Shown: positions 63,778-64,000 of the stretch, one piece after another | Position numbering within the stretch: the first letter of the stretch is position 1 | Layout of the letters: each line of letters begins with the position of its first letter | Assembly (NCBI RefSeq): GCF_001194135.2 | Contig: NC_068986.1 | Location: forward strand, 2,388,396 to 2,452,395 | DNA: 64,000 nucleotides | Origin: Octopus bimaculoides | Lineage: Eukaryota | Reading direction: 5' to 3' | Position numbers and translations under genes: made by a program | The notes under the pieces: generated by a model | Database searches by the model: none | The model's input: the letters and a program-made list of their open reading frames with translations, nothing else | Told to the model about the DNA's origin: nothing

Positions 63778-64000
63778 TCATCATCATCGTTTAACGTCTG
63801 CTTTCCATGCTAGCATGAGTTGGACGATTTGACTGAGGACTGGTGAAACCGGATGGCAACACCAGGCTCCAATCTAATTTGGCAGAGTTTCTACAGCTGG
63901 GTACCCTTCCTAATGCCAACCACTCAGAGAGTGTAGTGGGTGCTTTTACGTGTCACCCGCACGAAAACGGCCACGCTCGAAATGGTGTCTTTTATGTGCC
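63778..64000 (-). mobile_element. Young RTE-family 3' end, runs off the window
   Basis: 212 of 219 nt identical to 41771-41989. Confidence 0.9.

Overview
Eukaryotic, AT-rich, repeat-dense DNA. The SINE, LINE and microsatellite content looks like a coleoid cephalopod, probably Octopus (inference). One protein-coding gene can be fully reconstructed: a 10-exon KLHDC3 (kelch-domain CRL2 substrate receptor) on the minus strand, CDS 29288 to 12527, 1164 nt / 387 aa, with all GT-AG introns in consistent phase. The rest is microsatellites and decayed transposons: RTE, R4/Dong-like, Tx1-like and Jockey/I-like LINEs, Gypsy gag-protease, Tc1/mariner and hAT fragments and MITEs, a Helitron remnant and tRNA-derived SINEs. 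The most striking feature missing from the ORF track is at 60.57-62.05 kb. It is a Penelope-like element (decayed GIY-YIG endonuclease) bounded by ~220-bp inverted pseudo-LTRs, each carrying a type I hammerhead ribozyme motif; the left (minus-strand) copy looks structurally intact. KLHDC3 introns also hold several long hairpins and inverted repeats, and a chain of apparently non-coding minus-strand exons lies upstream of the gene. Exon boundaries were read base by base. TE boundaries are approximate and family calls rest on motif recognition, not database searches.
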